Of a stretch of 60,778 nucleotides of DNA, positions 45,079 to 54,320 are shown piece after piece. A program made the position numbers and the translations under genes. The notes under the pieces were generated by a model that had not been told where the DNA came from, did not search any database, and saw only the letters and a program-made list of their open reading frames with translations. How positions within the stretch are numbered: the stretch's first letter is position 1; each line of letters starts with the position of its first letter. The DNA lies in IMG/VR virus record IMGVR_UViG_3300005529_000041, positions 1 through 60,778 of that record; one strand, given 5' to 3'. The stretch comes from a virus (taxonomy: Duplodnaviria > Caudoviricetes).

Positions 45079-45870
45079 ATGGCAACTCCGCTTATGGGAT
45101 ACTACGCCCCGGCTGATGGCGCCGATGCCGGAACCTGGGGGTCTAGCTGGAATAGCCAGGGTTCGACCTATCTTGACAACAACTTCGCGGGGCTGACGAC
45201 CAAATCCCTTTCCTCGTCCAATGTGACCTTGACGGCGGCAGAGGCCCGCAACCAGATGCTACGCCTGACAGGCGCCCTGCTTGCCGATATCACCATCGAT
45301 GCTGGCGTCAACCTGTGGAACGGCATTCGCTGCGTGGAGAACCTGACCTCCGGCAGCTTCTCCGTCACGCTATCCTACAATGGGACGTGCGTCATCCCAC
45401 AAGGCCGGCGGTGCCTTGTGTTCTTGGATTCCTCCAACGGACCGAGGATTGTCGCTATCGCGGGATCGTCAACGGCCGATCCCATTCCCTCAGGAAGCAC
45501 GACGCTTTGGTATCAGGCTACGGCTCCGGCTGGCTGGACGGCGGTGGCGCTCAATGACTACGCGATCAAGATCGTTACCAACGGCAGCGGCGGCGTCACG
45601 TCCGGTTCGGTGGCCTACTCTACCTTGTTTGCGCGCACAGCAACCGATGGATATACGCTGCTGGTGGCGGACATTCCCTCGCACACGCACTCCGGCAGCA
45701 TACCCGGCGGCACCAACAGCGGCCAGAACGCGGCCAACTACTCCGGCTCAACCATCCATAGCACCGACCTGTCTTACGTCACCAACGCAACCGGCGGGGG
45801 CGGCCCGCACAGCCATGGCCTGGATATGCGTGTGCAGACGGCAGCCTTCGTTCTGGCATCACGCAACTGA
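45079..45870 (+). CDS. Tail protein with collar-like C-terminus
   Basis: GTWG, IPSG...APAGW, IPSHTH, GGPHSH. Confidence 0.7.
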   Translation: MATPLMGYYAPADGADAGTWGSSWNSQGSTYLDNNFAGLTTKSLSSSNVTLTAAEARNQMLRLTGALLADITIDAGVNLWNGIRCVENLTSGSFSVTLSYNGTCVIPQGRRCLVFLDSSNGPRIVAIAGSSTADPIPSGSTTLWYQATAPAGWTAVALNDYAIKIVTNGSGGVTSGSVAYSTLFARTATDGYTLLVADIPSHTHSGSIPGGTNSGQNAANYSGSTIHSTDLSYVTNATGGGGPHSHGLDMRVQTAAFVLASRN

Positions 45871-45876
45871 CGGCCC

Positions 45877-46227
45877 ATGTTTCCCGACAAGACCACCAAG
45901 TGCCACCGCACGGGCTTCCAGAAGACGTGCTTCGAGTGCGTAACGAAGCACGGCTGCCGGTTGTGGAAGCGCGTCACCCTAGTCGAGCGCAATCCGGAGA
46001 CTGGCGCCCAGATAGCGAAAGATCACTACGACTGCCTCGACAGTCAACAGGAGCTGTTCTGGAAAGACATGCTGCGCCGGCAACTGCAGACCACGGCAAC
46101 GGTCGACGAGCTGCGCAAGGAGGTCCACCAGGCCAACGACGTTGCCATGGTCGGCACGCTTGGTCGCATCAACGAGAAGATGGAAGCGTTGTCCGCCTCA
46201 GAGGCGCCGAAGCTGATCGAGAACTGA
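45877..46227 (+). CDS. Cys-containing protein + coiled coil
   Basis: C..C...C.LW...NPETG...DC. Confidence 0.7.
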   Translation: MFPDKTTKCHRTGFQKTCFECVTKHGCRLWKRVTLVERNPETGAQIAKDHYDCLDSQQELFWKDMLRRQLQTTATVDELRKEVHQANDVAMVGTLGRINEKMEALSASEAPKLIEN

Positions 46228-46231
46228 TGGA

Positions 46232-48298
46232 ATGCCGTTCTCTTCCGTCACGCTGAAGCCGGGAGTTGATGTCGAGTCCACGGCAACGCTGAGCCGAGCC
46301 AGCTATTCGACCTCCAACCTTGGCAGGTTCCGAGCCGGACTGTTCGAGAAGATCGGAGGATGGGTTCAATACTTCGGGCTTGCCATCCCTGGCGTTCCGA
46401 GGGCCTTGCAGGCATGGCAGGACTTGAATGGGCAGGCGCGGCTCGGGATCGGCACGACGACCAAGCTCGACCTGATCACGTCCGGCGTCCTCACCGATAT
46501 CACGCCGCAGATCAAGGTCACGGACTTCGCGCCGAAGTTCACGACCACGGCCAGCTCCGCCACGGTTACAGTTGACGATTCCAACATCGCCAACGTCACG
46601 ACGCTGGACACCATCGAGTTCATGACGCCAGTCTCGGTCGGCGGCATCATTCTTTCCGGCGTCTATCCGATCGCTCTCGTCACGGGGACCACGACCTATC
46701 GCATCACGGCTGCTTCCGCCGCTACTGGCAGCGTTACCAATGGCGGCGCCGTCCCGAGCTTCACAACGACCAACGGCTCGAGCGCCGTCTCCGTCACGCT
46801 CAATGATCACGGCCTGTCGGTCGGGTCGACGATCAATTTCCCGCTGTCGACGACGGTCGGCGGAATCACCATCACTGCGGGAACGTATCCAGTTACGAGC
46901 GTTACGTCGGCCAACGCGTTCGTGATCTCGGCAAGCCAGGCGGCATCGTCCGGCGCCACCGTGTCGATGAACTCCGGCAATGCCGAAATCAGATACTACA
47001 TTGCCATCGGGCCAGCTTCTGTATCCGGTACGGGCTGGGGCGTCAGCGGCTGGGGTGTGGTGCCGTGGGGAGGGACTGGAGCGGCGCCATCGTCGCAAAC
47101 CGGCACGCCGATCACGGCAACCGACTGGACGCTCGACAACTGGGGATCGACGCTTCTGTCCTGTCCGGCCAATGGCGGCATCTATCAGTGGACACCCGGT
47201 TCTGGTTACTCGAATTCGCAACTCCTGTCCGGAGCTCCAGTCTACAATGGCGGCATCTTTGTTGCGACGCCCTACCAGATTCTGATCGCCTGGGGCTCGA
47301 CGACGGAAAAGAACATCGGCATCGCCCAAGACCCGCTGACGTGGCGCGGCTCGGATATCCTTGATTACACCTACTGGACACCGGGCGGCACCAACCCAAG
47401 CACGGGAGACGCCAGCCAAGCCTACCAGAACCGCATTCCGACCGGCTCTGCCATCAAGGCCGGCATGGCAACGCCGAACCAAATTCTTCTGTGGACCGAT
47501 CTCGACCTGTGGTCGCTCAACTATCTGGGACCGCCACTGATCTGGGGTCAGCAGAAGATCGGATCAAACTGCGGTACGGTCGGGCGCCATGCCGTGGCGC
47601 AGATGGCGGGGATCGTCTACTGGTGGGGGCCGAAGAACTTCTACGCCATGGCCGGAGGATCGCCCCAGGTCATCCCGTGCAGCGTGTGGGATATCGTCTT
47701 CCAGAATCTCGACACTGCCAACATTTCCAAATGCTGGGTGGAAACTGTCACGAGTTTCAACGAGGTTTGGTTCTTCTATCCAAGCCAAAGCGGCGGCAGC
47801 GGAGAATGTGACAGCTACGCCAAGGTCAATGTTCTTGATGGGTCGTGGGATTACGGCTCACTGCCGCGATCGATCGGGATCGACCAATCGGTTCTCGGCA
47901 ATCCCATCATGGCGACGCCGGGAGGCGTCATCTACAGCCATGAAACCGGCTACGATGCTGATGGACAGGCACTGCAGCCAGCATTCTCGACAGGGTATTT
48001 CTATCTAGCGGAGGGCGAGGATTTCGTCTTCGTCGACCAGTTTCTGCCTGACTTCAAGTACGATACGGCGAGCGGGACGGCGACGAGCGCCACCGTGCAA
48101 GTCACCTTCAGCGTAATCAACTTCCAGGGCGACACGCCGCGTACCTATGGACCCTACAGCATGAGCGCATCGACGCAGAAGCTGGACGTGCGCTTCAGAG
48201 GGCGGCAGTTCGCCATCAGCATGACGAGCAATGATATCGGCAGCTTCTGGCGCATCGGCAAGCCACGCTTCCGCATCGCCACAAGCGGCAGGCGCTGA
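46232..48298 (+). CDS. Tail tubular B / packaged-DNA stabilisation protein (P22 gp10-like)
   Basis: EKIGGW, WTLDNWG, FNEVWFFYPS, WRIG..R; beta-propeller-like. Confidence 0.8.
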   Translation: MPFSSVTLKPGVDVESTATLSRASYSTSNLGRFRAGLFEKIGGWVQYFGLAIPGVPRALQAWQDLNGQARLGIGTTTKLDLITSGVLTDITPQIKVTDFAPKFTTTASSATVTVDDSNIANVTTLDTIEFMTPVSVGGIILSGVYPIALVTGTTTYRITAASAATGSVTNGGAVPSFTTTNGSSAVSVTLNDHGLSVGSTINFPLSTTVGGITITAGTYPVTSVTSANAFVISASQAASSGATVSMNSGNAEIRYYIAIGPASVSGTGWGVSGWGVVPWGGTGAAPSSQTGTPITATDWTLDNWGSTLLSCPANGGIYQWTPGSGYSNSQLLSGAPVYNGGIFVATPYQILIAWGSTTEKNIGIAQDPLTWRGSDILDYTYWTPGGTNPSTGDASQAYQNRIPTGSAIKAGMATPNQILLWTDLDLWSLNYLGPPLIWGQQKIGSNCGTVGRHAVAQMAGIVYWWGPKNFYAMAGGSPQVIPCSVWDIVFQNLDTANISKCWVETVTSFNEVWFFYPSQSGGSGECDSYAKVNVLDGSWDYGSLPRSIGIDQSVLGNPIMATPGGVIYSHETGYDADGQALQPAFSTGYFYLAEGEDFVFVDQFLPDFKYDTASGTATSATVQVTFSVINFQGDTPRTYGPYSMSASTQKLDVRFRGRQFAISMTSNDIGSFWRIGKPRFRIATSGRR

Positions 48299-48507
48299 TG
48301 GCCGACGATCCGACAACCGCAAGCCAGTCGGCGCCATGGTTCACGCAGCAGCCGAGTAGCTCTGCCGGCCTCTCGACGACGGCCGACGATGCGAACATGA
48401 ACATCCAGCTCAATAAGATCGCCTCCGATCTTGGAACGCAAAGTGGCGATCTGGTGACTGCTATCAACGCCATTACGTCGGCGATCAACGCCAAGCCGAG
48501 TGCGTGA
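48298..48507 (+). CDS. Small virion protein
   Basis: TGATG coupling on both sides. Confidence 0.6.
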   Translation: MADDPTTASQSAPWFTQQPSSSAGLSTTADDANMNIQLNKIASDLGTQSGDLVTAINAITSAINAKPSA

Positions 48508-49328
48508 TGGCGCAGGACGCAACACCGACAACGCCGACGACGGCCGCCGACGTTGCCAACGCCAAGAACAGGAACCTCAGCCTATCGCAGGTCGCTCAAT
48601 CGCTGAGCACGGGGAATACGTCAGTCGTTGCCGCGCTGACTGCGATAGCGACGGCCGTCACGCAAAAGCTTCTGGGAGGTGTGGTCGGTACTTCGGCTAA
48701 CCGGCTGCTGCGCACCAAGACGGTCAGCAGCGGCAGCTCAGCAGGCTCGGTTCAGAATTCGCCCATCACTTGCGATGATTCCGGCAACATGTCCGGTGTC
48801 GGCAACGTCGTTTTCAACAACGGCAGCGGGATCGAGACCGACACCACGGCGGGACATACCGCCCTCGTCAGGGCCTACAATACCAACACGACAGCCTATG
48901 TCACTGGACTCACGGCAACTGCGGGCAACCCGCCGACATTCGATCTCAACTCGACGACGACTATCGGCAGCGTCGGCGTTGCCACCCTCAACACCAACAC
49001 CTGGAACCAGCAGCAAGGCTTCGCAACCGCAACCCTGACGGATGCGGCGACCATCTCCTGGAACCTGCAGACACAGCAGACAGCCAAGGTGACATTGGGC
49101 GGCAACAGAACGCTTGGCGCTCCTACCAATATGGTGGACGGCTTCACCTACATTCTTCGTGTGATCCAGGACGGAACGGGCAGCAGGACGCTGGCCTACA
49201 ATGCCGTGTTCAAATGGCCCGGAGGCGCCACGCCGACGCTGAGCACGGCCGCCAATGCCATCGATATCCTGACCTTCGTCAGCGACGGGACGAATATGTA
49301 TGGCGTGGCGCAGAAGGCTTTTGCCTGA
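48507..49328 (+). CDS. Tail fibre protein
   Basis: LTDAATISWN, QDGTGSRTL, FKWPGG.TPTLST, DIL.F. Confidence 0.8.
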   Translation: MAQDATPTTPTTAADVANAKNRNLSLSQVAQSLSTGNTSVVAALTAIATAVTQKLLGGVVGTSANRLLRTKTVSSGSSAGSVQNSPITCDDSGNMSGVGNVVFNNGSGIETDTTAGHTALVRAYNTNTTAYVTGLTATAGNPPTFDLNSTTTIGSVGVATLNTNTWNQQQGFATATLTDAATISWNLQTQQTAKVTLGGNRTLGAPTNMVDGFTYILRVIQDGTGSRTLAYNAVFKWPGGATPTLSTAANAIDILTFVSDGTNMYGVAQKAFA

Positions 49329-49993
49329 TGCTGACATTTCCCAACACGCTCTACTCGGGCGGAGCGACGCGGACCTTCATCGGCTTCGCCACAGCGCAAG
49401 TGGGATCAGGCCCGGCCTATACATTCTCTGGCGTGACAGCGGCGCAGGCCGGATATCTGGTGCTCACCATCAATGGGGATTTCAATTCGAGCGGGCGCAC
49501 GCTATCCACAGTTACAGTCGGCGGTAATAGTGCAACATTACATGTCAATCAGCATGGCGATCAAACTTTAGGTACATCGATCGCGGCCGTTGCTGGCATT
49601 GCTGTTGGCGCTGGCGCCACGGGCAATATTGTCATCACCTTTTCCAATACCATGACAGGCGCATCATACGCCGCTTACCTACTGACGAGTCTTTCCAGCA
49701 ATACTCCTACGGCGACAGCTGGCAATGCGACAGTAGGGGCTGGAGGCGCGACTAGCATATCAACCTCCATCAACATCCCCGCCAATGGCGTTCTGATCGC
49801 CACAGCATCATGCGTGCAAACTTCTATCAGCTTGTCGGGGGCGACTTCGGATGGAACTCAAGTCGTCAATGGCATCTACCAATTCATTACCGGTTCTGAT
49901 CAGCAAATGAATGCCGAAACCGGGCGCTCCGTGTCGTCGAGCAAAGGTGGCGCGGCGTCATCTTACGCCATTGCTGCTGCGGCTTGGCACTGA
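49328..49993 (+). CDS. Tail fibre tip/receptor-binding partner
   Basis: TGATG coupling; lower GC3; Ser/Thr/Gly-rich beta protein. Confidence 0.7.
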   Translation: MLTFPNTLYSGGATRTFIGFATAQVGSGPAYTFSGVTAAQAGYLVLTINGDFNSSGRTLSTVTVGGNSATLHVNQHGDQTLGTSIAAVAGIAVGAGATGNIVITFSNTMTGASYAAYLLTSLSSNTPTATAGNATVGAGGATSISTSINIPANGVLIATASCVQTSISLSGATSDGTQVVNGIYQFITGSDQQMNAETGRSVSSSKGGAASSYAIAAAAWH

Positions 49994-50008
49994 GAAGGAA
50001 GCATAAGC

Positions 50009-52036
50009 ATGCCTCTCATGAAGGGCAAGAGCCGCGAGGCCGTGTCATCCAACATAAAAACTGAGATGGCCGCTGGGAAGCCGCAGAAGCAAGCCGTGGC
50101 CATCGCCATGGATGTGGCGCGGCGCAATGCGTTTGCCGATGGCGGCGGGGTGAGCGACTACATCCCAGGTGCAGTGAAGGATTGGTGGTCTGGTCAGGGC
50201 GATGAGATGCGCCGACAGATGGCGCTCTCGCTGCCGGAGCGCCTAGGTGAAAACGTGAGCAAGGCTGGCACTTTCGGTGCCGAGATGACCGGAGTTCCCT
50301 CGATTTATCGAGCTGGCAAAGCCGCATCTCAAGGAGACTACGGGAGCGCAGCAATGGAAGTTGCGCCGCTGGCGCTTCCTCCAGTTTTTCGCGCCATTCC
50401 AAAGCCGGTGAAAACGATCGGAGCTGCTGGTCTGATCGGCGCCATACTTGGGCGTGATACGGAGGCGCAGCAGTCTCCGGCGGACGCGCGGAACGCGGAA
50501 ATTGCAAAGCTGCAGGCAGAAATAGCCAAGCATCAGTCGAGCATCGCGCAGACGATCAAGGACATTGGCGCGGCCAAATTCAGAGGTGTCGGCGAAGAGG
50601 CTGGCATGGCCCGGCAGAAGGCATTGGAGGAAGCCACTCGGCCATACAATGATGCCATTTCGCAAGCTCAAAAGCGCATCGCAGAGTTGCGGGCCCAGGG
50701 CGATGAGGCCCAAAACCGTCTCACGCGCGCAGAAGAGATGGCAAATCGTGCGCGGAAAGAAGAATTGGCACGCGGCAAGCCGTTCAATCAAACGCCAGTC
50801 GGCGAACAATGGGAGAAGGCAGGGCCTCTTGCTCCTGCTGCGGTGGGGCTCGGCACGGCGCTTATTGGCAGGTTAGGTCACGGTCCCAAGGTTGGGCTTT
50901 TGAAGCCTTTCCTCGAGGGGACTGCCGCTGGTGCGCTTTCGGCCAATATTCCAACTGGATGGGATGCATTCTTTTCGCCCGTGCGCAATCCAGAACGCAA
51001 GGCATGGGATGCCTACGCCGAAGAGCTGAAGCTTGCCCAGCACCCGCGTGCGCAAGAGTTTCTGGACTATGCAAAAACGAAAGACGAATACAACCCAACG
51101 CGGCGAGAAGCGCAGAAAGAGTTTTTTGATCCTGTGAAGGCCGCTGAGCGAATGGGGTTTGGCGCTGGAGAGGGCGCCACAGGAGCCGGACTTGGATTGG
51201 CTGGAGCTGTTGGTGGCGAACGGCTAGTGCAAGGCCTCAAGTCTCTTTACGGAAACCTACGAGGAGGGCCCAGAGGGCCGTTGCCACAACCCCCATCACC
51301 GGGAGGACCGGGGCCGCTGGGTTCTGCGGGAACAGCAATGGCGGAACCAACGCCGCTATCAGCATCAACAGAAAGCAGATTGCCTTTTCCCAGTCCAGCG
51401 GGCGTTCCCGAACTTCCGGCGCCACGTCAATTGCCCGCTCCCGAAGCTCTGCCCAGTTCACAGGCTGCATCGCCAATCCCCGAAGTGGTGATCCTAAAGA
51501 AAGGCAAGTCCGGCAAAACCCTACACGACAAGGGTAAATTTTCAAGCGAGAAGACCATCCGCGAACGGTACGGCAAGCAGCCACAGAACGAACCCGAAAC
51601 ACCGGAGAAAAGCTTCGGTGGCCGGATCGTCAGCCGCTACGCCGATGGCGGTTCTGTGGGCGGCGGCACTGGTCTTCTCCATAGCGACGTACCTGGCCGC
51701 ACCGATCATCTGCCTCTCAGCGTAAAGTCCGGGGCCTACATCGTTCCGGCCGACATCGTGTCAGCCCTCGGCGAAGGGAACACGCTGGCCGGATCGAAAG
51801 AGCTCGACCGCATGCTCGGCACCGGCCGTCCGCGTGATCCCAAAAGCTTCGCCAGTGGCGGCGACGTGCCGATCCTGGCGGCGGGCGGTGAATATCATGT
51901 CGAGCCCGAGGACGTTGCCCGTCTCGGCGGCGGCGACATGAGACACGGGCATGCCGTTCTGGACGCTCTGGTAAAGCAGGTCAGGTCCGGAGCCATCAAG
52001 CGGCTCAGGTCTCTGCCTGGGCCGGCAAAAGGCTAG
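50009..52036 (+). CDS. Modular internal-virion protein with GG motifs
   Basis: N-terminal MPLMKGKS..NI..EM..GKPQKQAVAIA; FADGG, SFGG, YADGG, FASGG; C-terminal PGRTDH...G.Y.VP.D.V..LG.G module. Confidence 0.75.
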   Translation: MPLMKGKSREAVSSNIKTEMAAGKPQKQAVAIAMDVARRNAFADGGGVSDYIPGAVKDWWSGQGDEMRRQMALSLPERLGENVSKAGTFGAEMTGVPSIYRAGKAASQGDYGSAAMEVAPLALPPVFRAIPKPVKTIGAAGLIGAILGRDTEAQQSPADARNAEIAKLQAEIAKHQSSIAQTIKDIGAAKFRGVGEEAGMARQKALEEATRPYNDAISQAQKRIAELRAQGDEAQNRLTRAEEMANRARKEELARGKPFNQTPVGEQWEKAGPLAPAAVGLGTALIGRLGHGPKVGLLKPFLEGTAAGALSANIPTGWDAFFSPVRNPERKAWDAYAEELKLAQHPRAQEFLDYAKTKDEYNPTRREAQKEFFDPVKAAERMGFGAGEGATGAGLGLAGAVGGERLVQGLKSLYGNLRGGPRGPLPQPPSPGGPGPLGSAGTAMAEPTPLSASTESRLPFPSPAGVPELPAPRQLPAPEALPSSQAASPIPEVVILKKGKSGKTLHDKGKFSSEKTIRERYGKQPQNEPETPEKSFGGRIVSRYADGGSVGGGTGLLHSDVPGRTDHLPLSVKSGAYIVPADIVSALGEGNTLAGSKELDRMLGTGRPRDPKSFASGGDVPILAAGGEYHVEPEDVARLGGGDMRHGHAVLDALVKQVRSGAIKRLRSLPGPAKG

Positions 52037-52042
52037 TCATCC

Positions 52043-52549
52043 TTGGAAACGCGCGTGCGCCTCGCCGTCCCATCGGACGAAGACGAACTGATGGAGATGT
52101 ACCGCTCCCGCCATGCCGAAGTCGGGATGGCGAATGTCGACCTTGATGAAGAGCGCGTCAGGCATGCCTTGCGCCGTGGTCTGTGCCTGCAGAAGGGCAA
52201 TGACGGCACCTACGCTGGGTACCCGCTGCCAGCCTGGATCGGCGCCATTGGCGGTCCAGGCTGCATCGAAGGCGCTGCCTACGTGGCCCTTGAGCTGCCG
52301 TGGGATAGCTCGCACCCGATCCTTGTCGAGCGCTGGAATTACGTGCTTCCAGCCTATCGCAAGTCGTCCAACAGCCAGGAATTGATCGCGTTCTCGAAAG
52401 GCATGGCCGATGCCCTGCAAATTTATCCGCTGATCATGACATCGACGGATAGAGAGGCGGCCAAGTGGCGGATTTACACCCGCAAGATGGGGGCGCCGGT
52501 CGGCGCCACCTTCGTCTATGGAGGCGAGGCGCGTCATGGGCATATTTGA
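52043..52549 (+). CDS. Putative GNAT-like acetyltransferase
   Basis: VRLA...D; YVLPAYRK motif-A-like segment; position before the ejection genes. Confidence 0.5.
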   Translation: METRVRLAVPSDEDELMEMYRSRHAEVGMANVDLDEERVRHALRRGLCLQKGNDGTYAGYPLPAWIGAIGGPGCIEGAAYVALELPWDSSHPILVERWNYVLPAYRKSSNSQELIAFSKGMADALQIYPLIMTSTDREAAKWRIYTRKMGAPVGATFVYGGEARHGHI

Positions 52550-54317
52550 CATGCTGGGCAGCGTGTTCGGGGATCGCAAGGACACCACGACCAGCGGCCA
52601 ACAGAGCGGGCAGAGCACAAACACCGGCTATGCCAACGTCTGGAATCTGCCAGGTGTCCAGAGCTATTTCGGCAACCTGCTCAACCAGTTCGGGCAGACA
52701 CCGCAGTTCAACCAGTATCAGCTCGGGGCCGCCAATAGCCAGGCTGGAGCGGGCGCTAACCTCAATCCTGGCTTTTCGGCGGCGAGCACCATCGCCGGCC
52801 AGGGCATCAACCCGAGTTCGATCAGCGCCTTCATGAGCCCGTACACGCAAAGCGTGGTGGACGCGACCCAGAAGCAGTTCGACACGCAGAATGCCCTCCA
52901 GAACGCCCAGAATAGCGCCTACGCGGCCAAGGCGGGAGCGCTGACGGGTACGGGTGCCCAGAACCTTCGCGCCCAAACGCAGCTCGCCCAGCAGACCGCG
53001 CAGGCCCCTGTGATCGCCGGGCTCTACAATCAGGGCTACAACAATGCGGCCAACCTTGCGGGGCAATCTGCGGGGCTGCAACTGCAGGGTGCAAACACGC
53101 TTGGCGGCCTGACGGGGGCGCTGACGGGAGCCAATACTGCTGGCTTCGGCTTCGGCAATACCCTGTTCCAGACGCCCTACAATCTCGCCTCGCAGGGCGC
53201 GAGCACCATTGCCGGCTTTGGTGGACTGGGCGGCCAGACCCAGCAGGGAGCGTTCTCAGGTCAGCAGACCGGCACGCAGAACACCACTGCTTACAACCCT
53301 GGCGGCATCTTCGGAGGTTTGCTCGGCGGGGCGATCAAAGGGCTGCCGATGCTGTTCGCGGATGGCGGGCAGGTTCCGTCGCGCAGTTCGATGCCAGTGC
53401 ATCCGAAGCTCGAGCGGATGCTGGGCAAGCTGGAGCCCGTCCTTCACACCATGAAGCGCGCCCTGCGCAATGGCGGAGAGGTCAAGGGATACGACGATGG
53501 CGGCTGGGTGACGACGGTTACACCGGAGCCGACACCATCGTTCACGGACAAGCTCAGCAATGCTTTCGATGCCTTCGGCCAGGGCTACCGCCAATTCAAT
53601 CCGTCGCCCCAACAGCAAGGGCAACCGCAGCAGCCGCAGGGAAGTAGCGGCGACCTACTGAGCCAAAGAATGCAGGACTTGGCGCAGGGGCTGCGCAACA
53701 TTCGCGGCTATGACGACGGCGGAACAGTGGACAGCGGCAGCAACCTGCTTGGCTCCGTTCGCGACTACTTCGCCGACCCCAAACGCCAACAGCTCGGGAG
53801 CTATCTTGCCAGCATGCACGGCAGCCCGTTCGCGTCTTCAGAGGCAAATGCTTTGGCGCAACGGCAGGCCGATCTTGAGGCGGCACGGATGCTCGGTTCC
53901 CTGAATGGGCAGCCGACGCTTGAGGCGCGACGCCTTGCTCAGGAAGGCCAGCTTGCCACAGGTGCACTCAATGGCGTTCCGACCATCGCCGCCAAGCAAT
54001 ATGAACTTTCGGCCGCCAAGAACCCTGCACAGATCAAAGCGCTGGAAGCGCAGAGCGCAGAAGAGCAAATCCGCATCAAGGCAATCGAGCAGGCCAATGC
54101 TCTCTACCAGCAGCGCCTCAAGTCCATTGATGATATGGAGTCCCTTGAGCTCACTCCTGGAACGAACCGCGCTTTCTATGAACAGCAACGCGCAAACTTG
54201 GCGGCCTCTCATCAAGCGGAGCTGGACCGCTTGAGTTCTGGGGGCGCGTCGCGTCCAACGGCACCGCCCTCAGGTGTGCGCATGTGGAATCCAAACCTTC
54301 CCAACGGAGGGCTGTGA
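52536..54317 (+). CDS. DNA ejection/pilot protein
   Basis: Gln/Gly/Ala-rich; FMSPYTQSVVDAT; four GG motifs; GGAGG upstream. Confidence 0.7.
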   Translation: MGIFDMLGSVFGDRKDTTTSGQQSGQSTNTGYANVWNLPGVQSYFGNLLNQFGQTPQFNQYQLGAANSQAGAGANLNPGFSAASTIAGQGINPSSISAFMSPYTQSVVDATQKQFDTQNALQNAQNSAYAAKAGALTGTGAQNLRAQTQLAQQTAQAPVIAGLYNQGYNNAANLAGQSAGLQLQGANTLGGLTGALTGANTAGFGFGNTLFQTPYNLASQGASTIAGFGGLGGQTQQGAFSGQQTGTQNTTAYNPGGIFGGLLGGAIKGLPMLFADGGQVPSRSSMPVHPKLERMLGKLEPVLHTMKRALRNGGEVKGYDDGGWVTTVTPEPTPSFTDKLSNAFDAFGQGYRQFNPSPQQQGQPQQPQGSSGDLLSQRMQDLAQGLRNIRGYDDGGTVDSGSNLLGSVRDYFADPKRQQLGSYLASMHGSPFASSEANALAQRQADLEAARMLGSLNGQPTLEARRLAQEGQLATGALNGVPTIAAKQYELSAAKNPAQIKALEAQSAEEQIRIKAIEQANALYQQRLKSIDDMESLELTPGTNRAFYEQQRANLAASHQAELDRLSSGGASRPTAPPSGVRMWNPNLPNGGL

Positions 54318-54320
54318 GTC

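Noticed and set aside
38997-49993. Diversity-generating retroelement or invertible tail cassette
   Set aside because: No reverse transcriptase or invertase recognised; repeat differences are not adenine-specific
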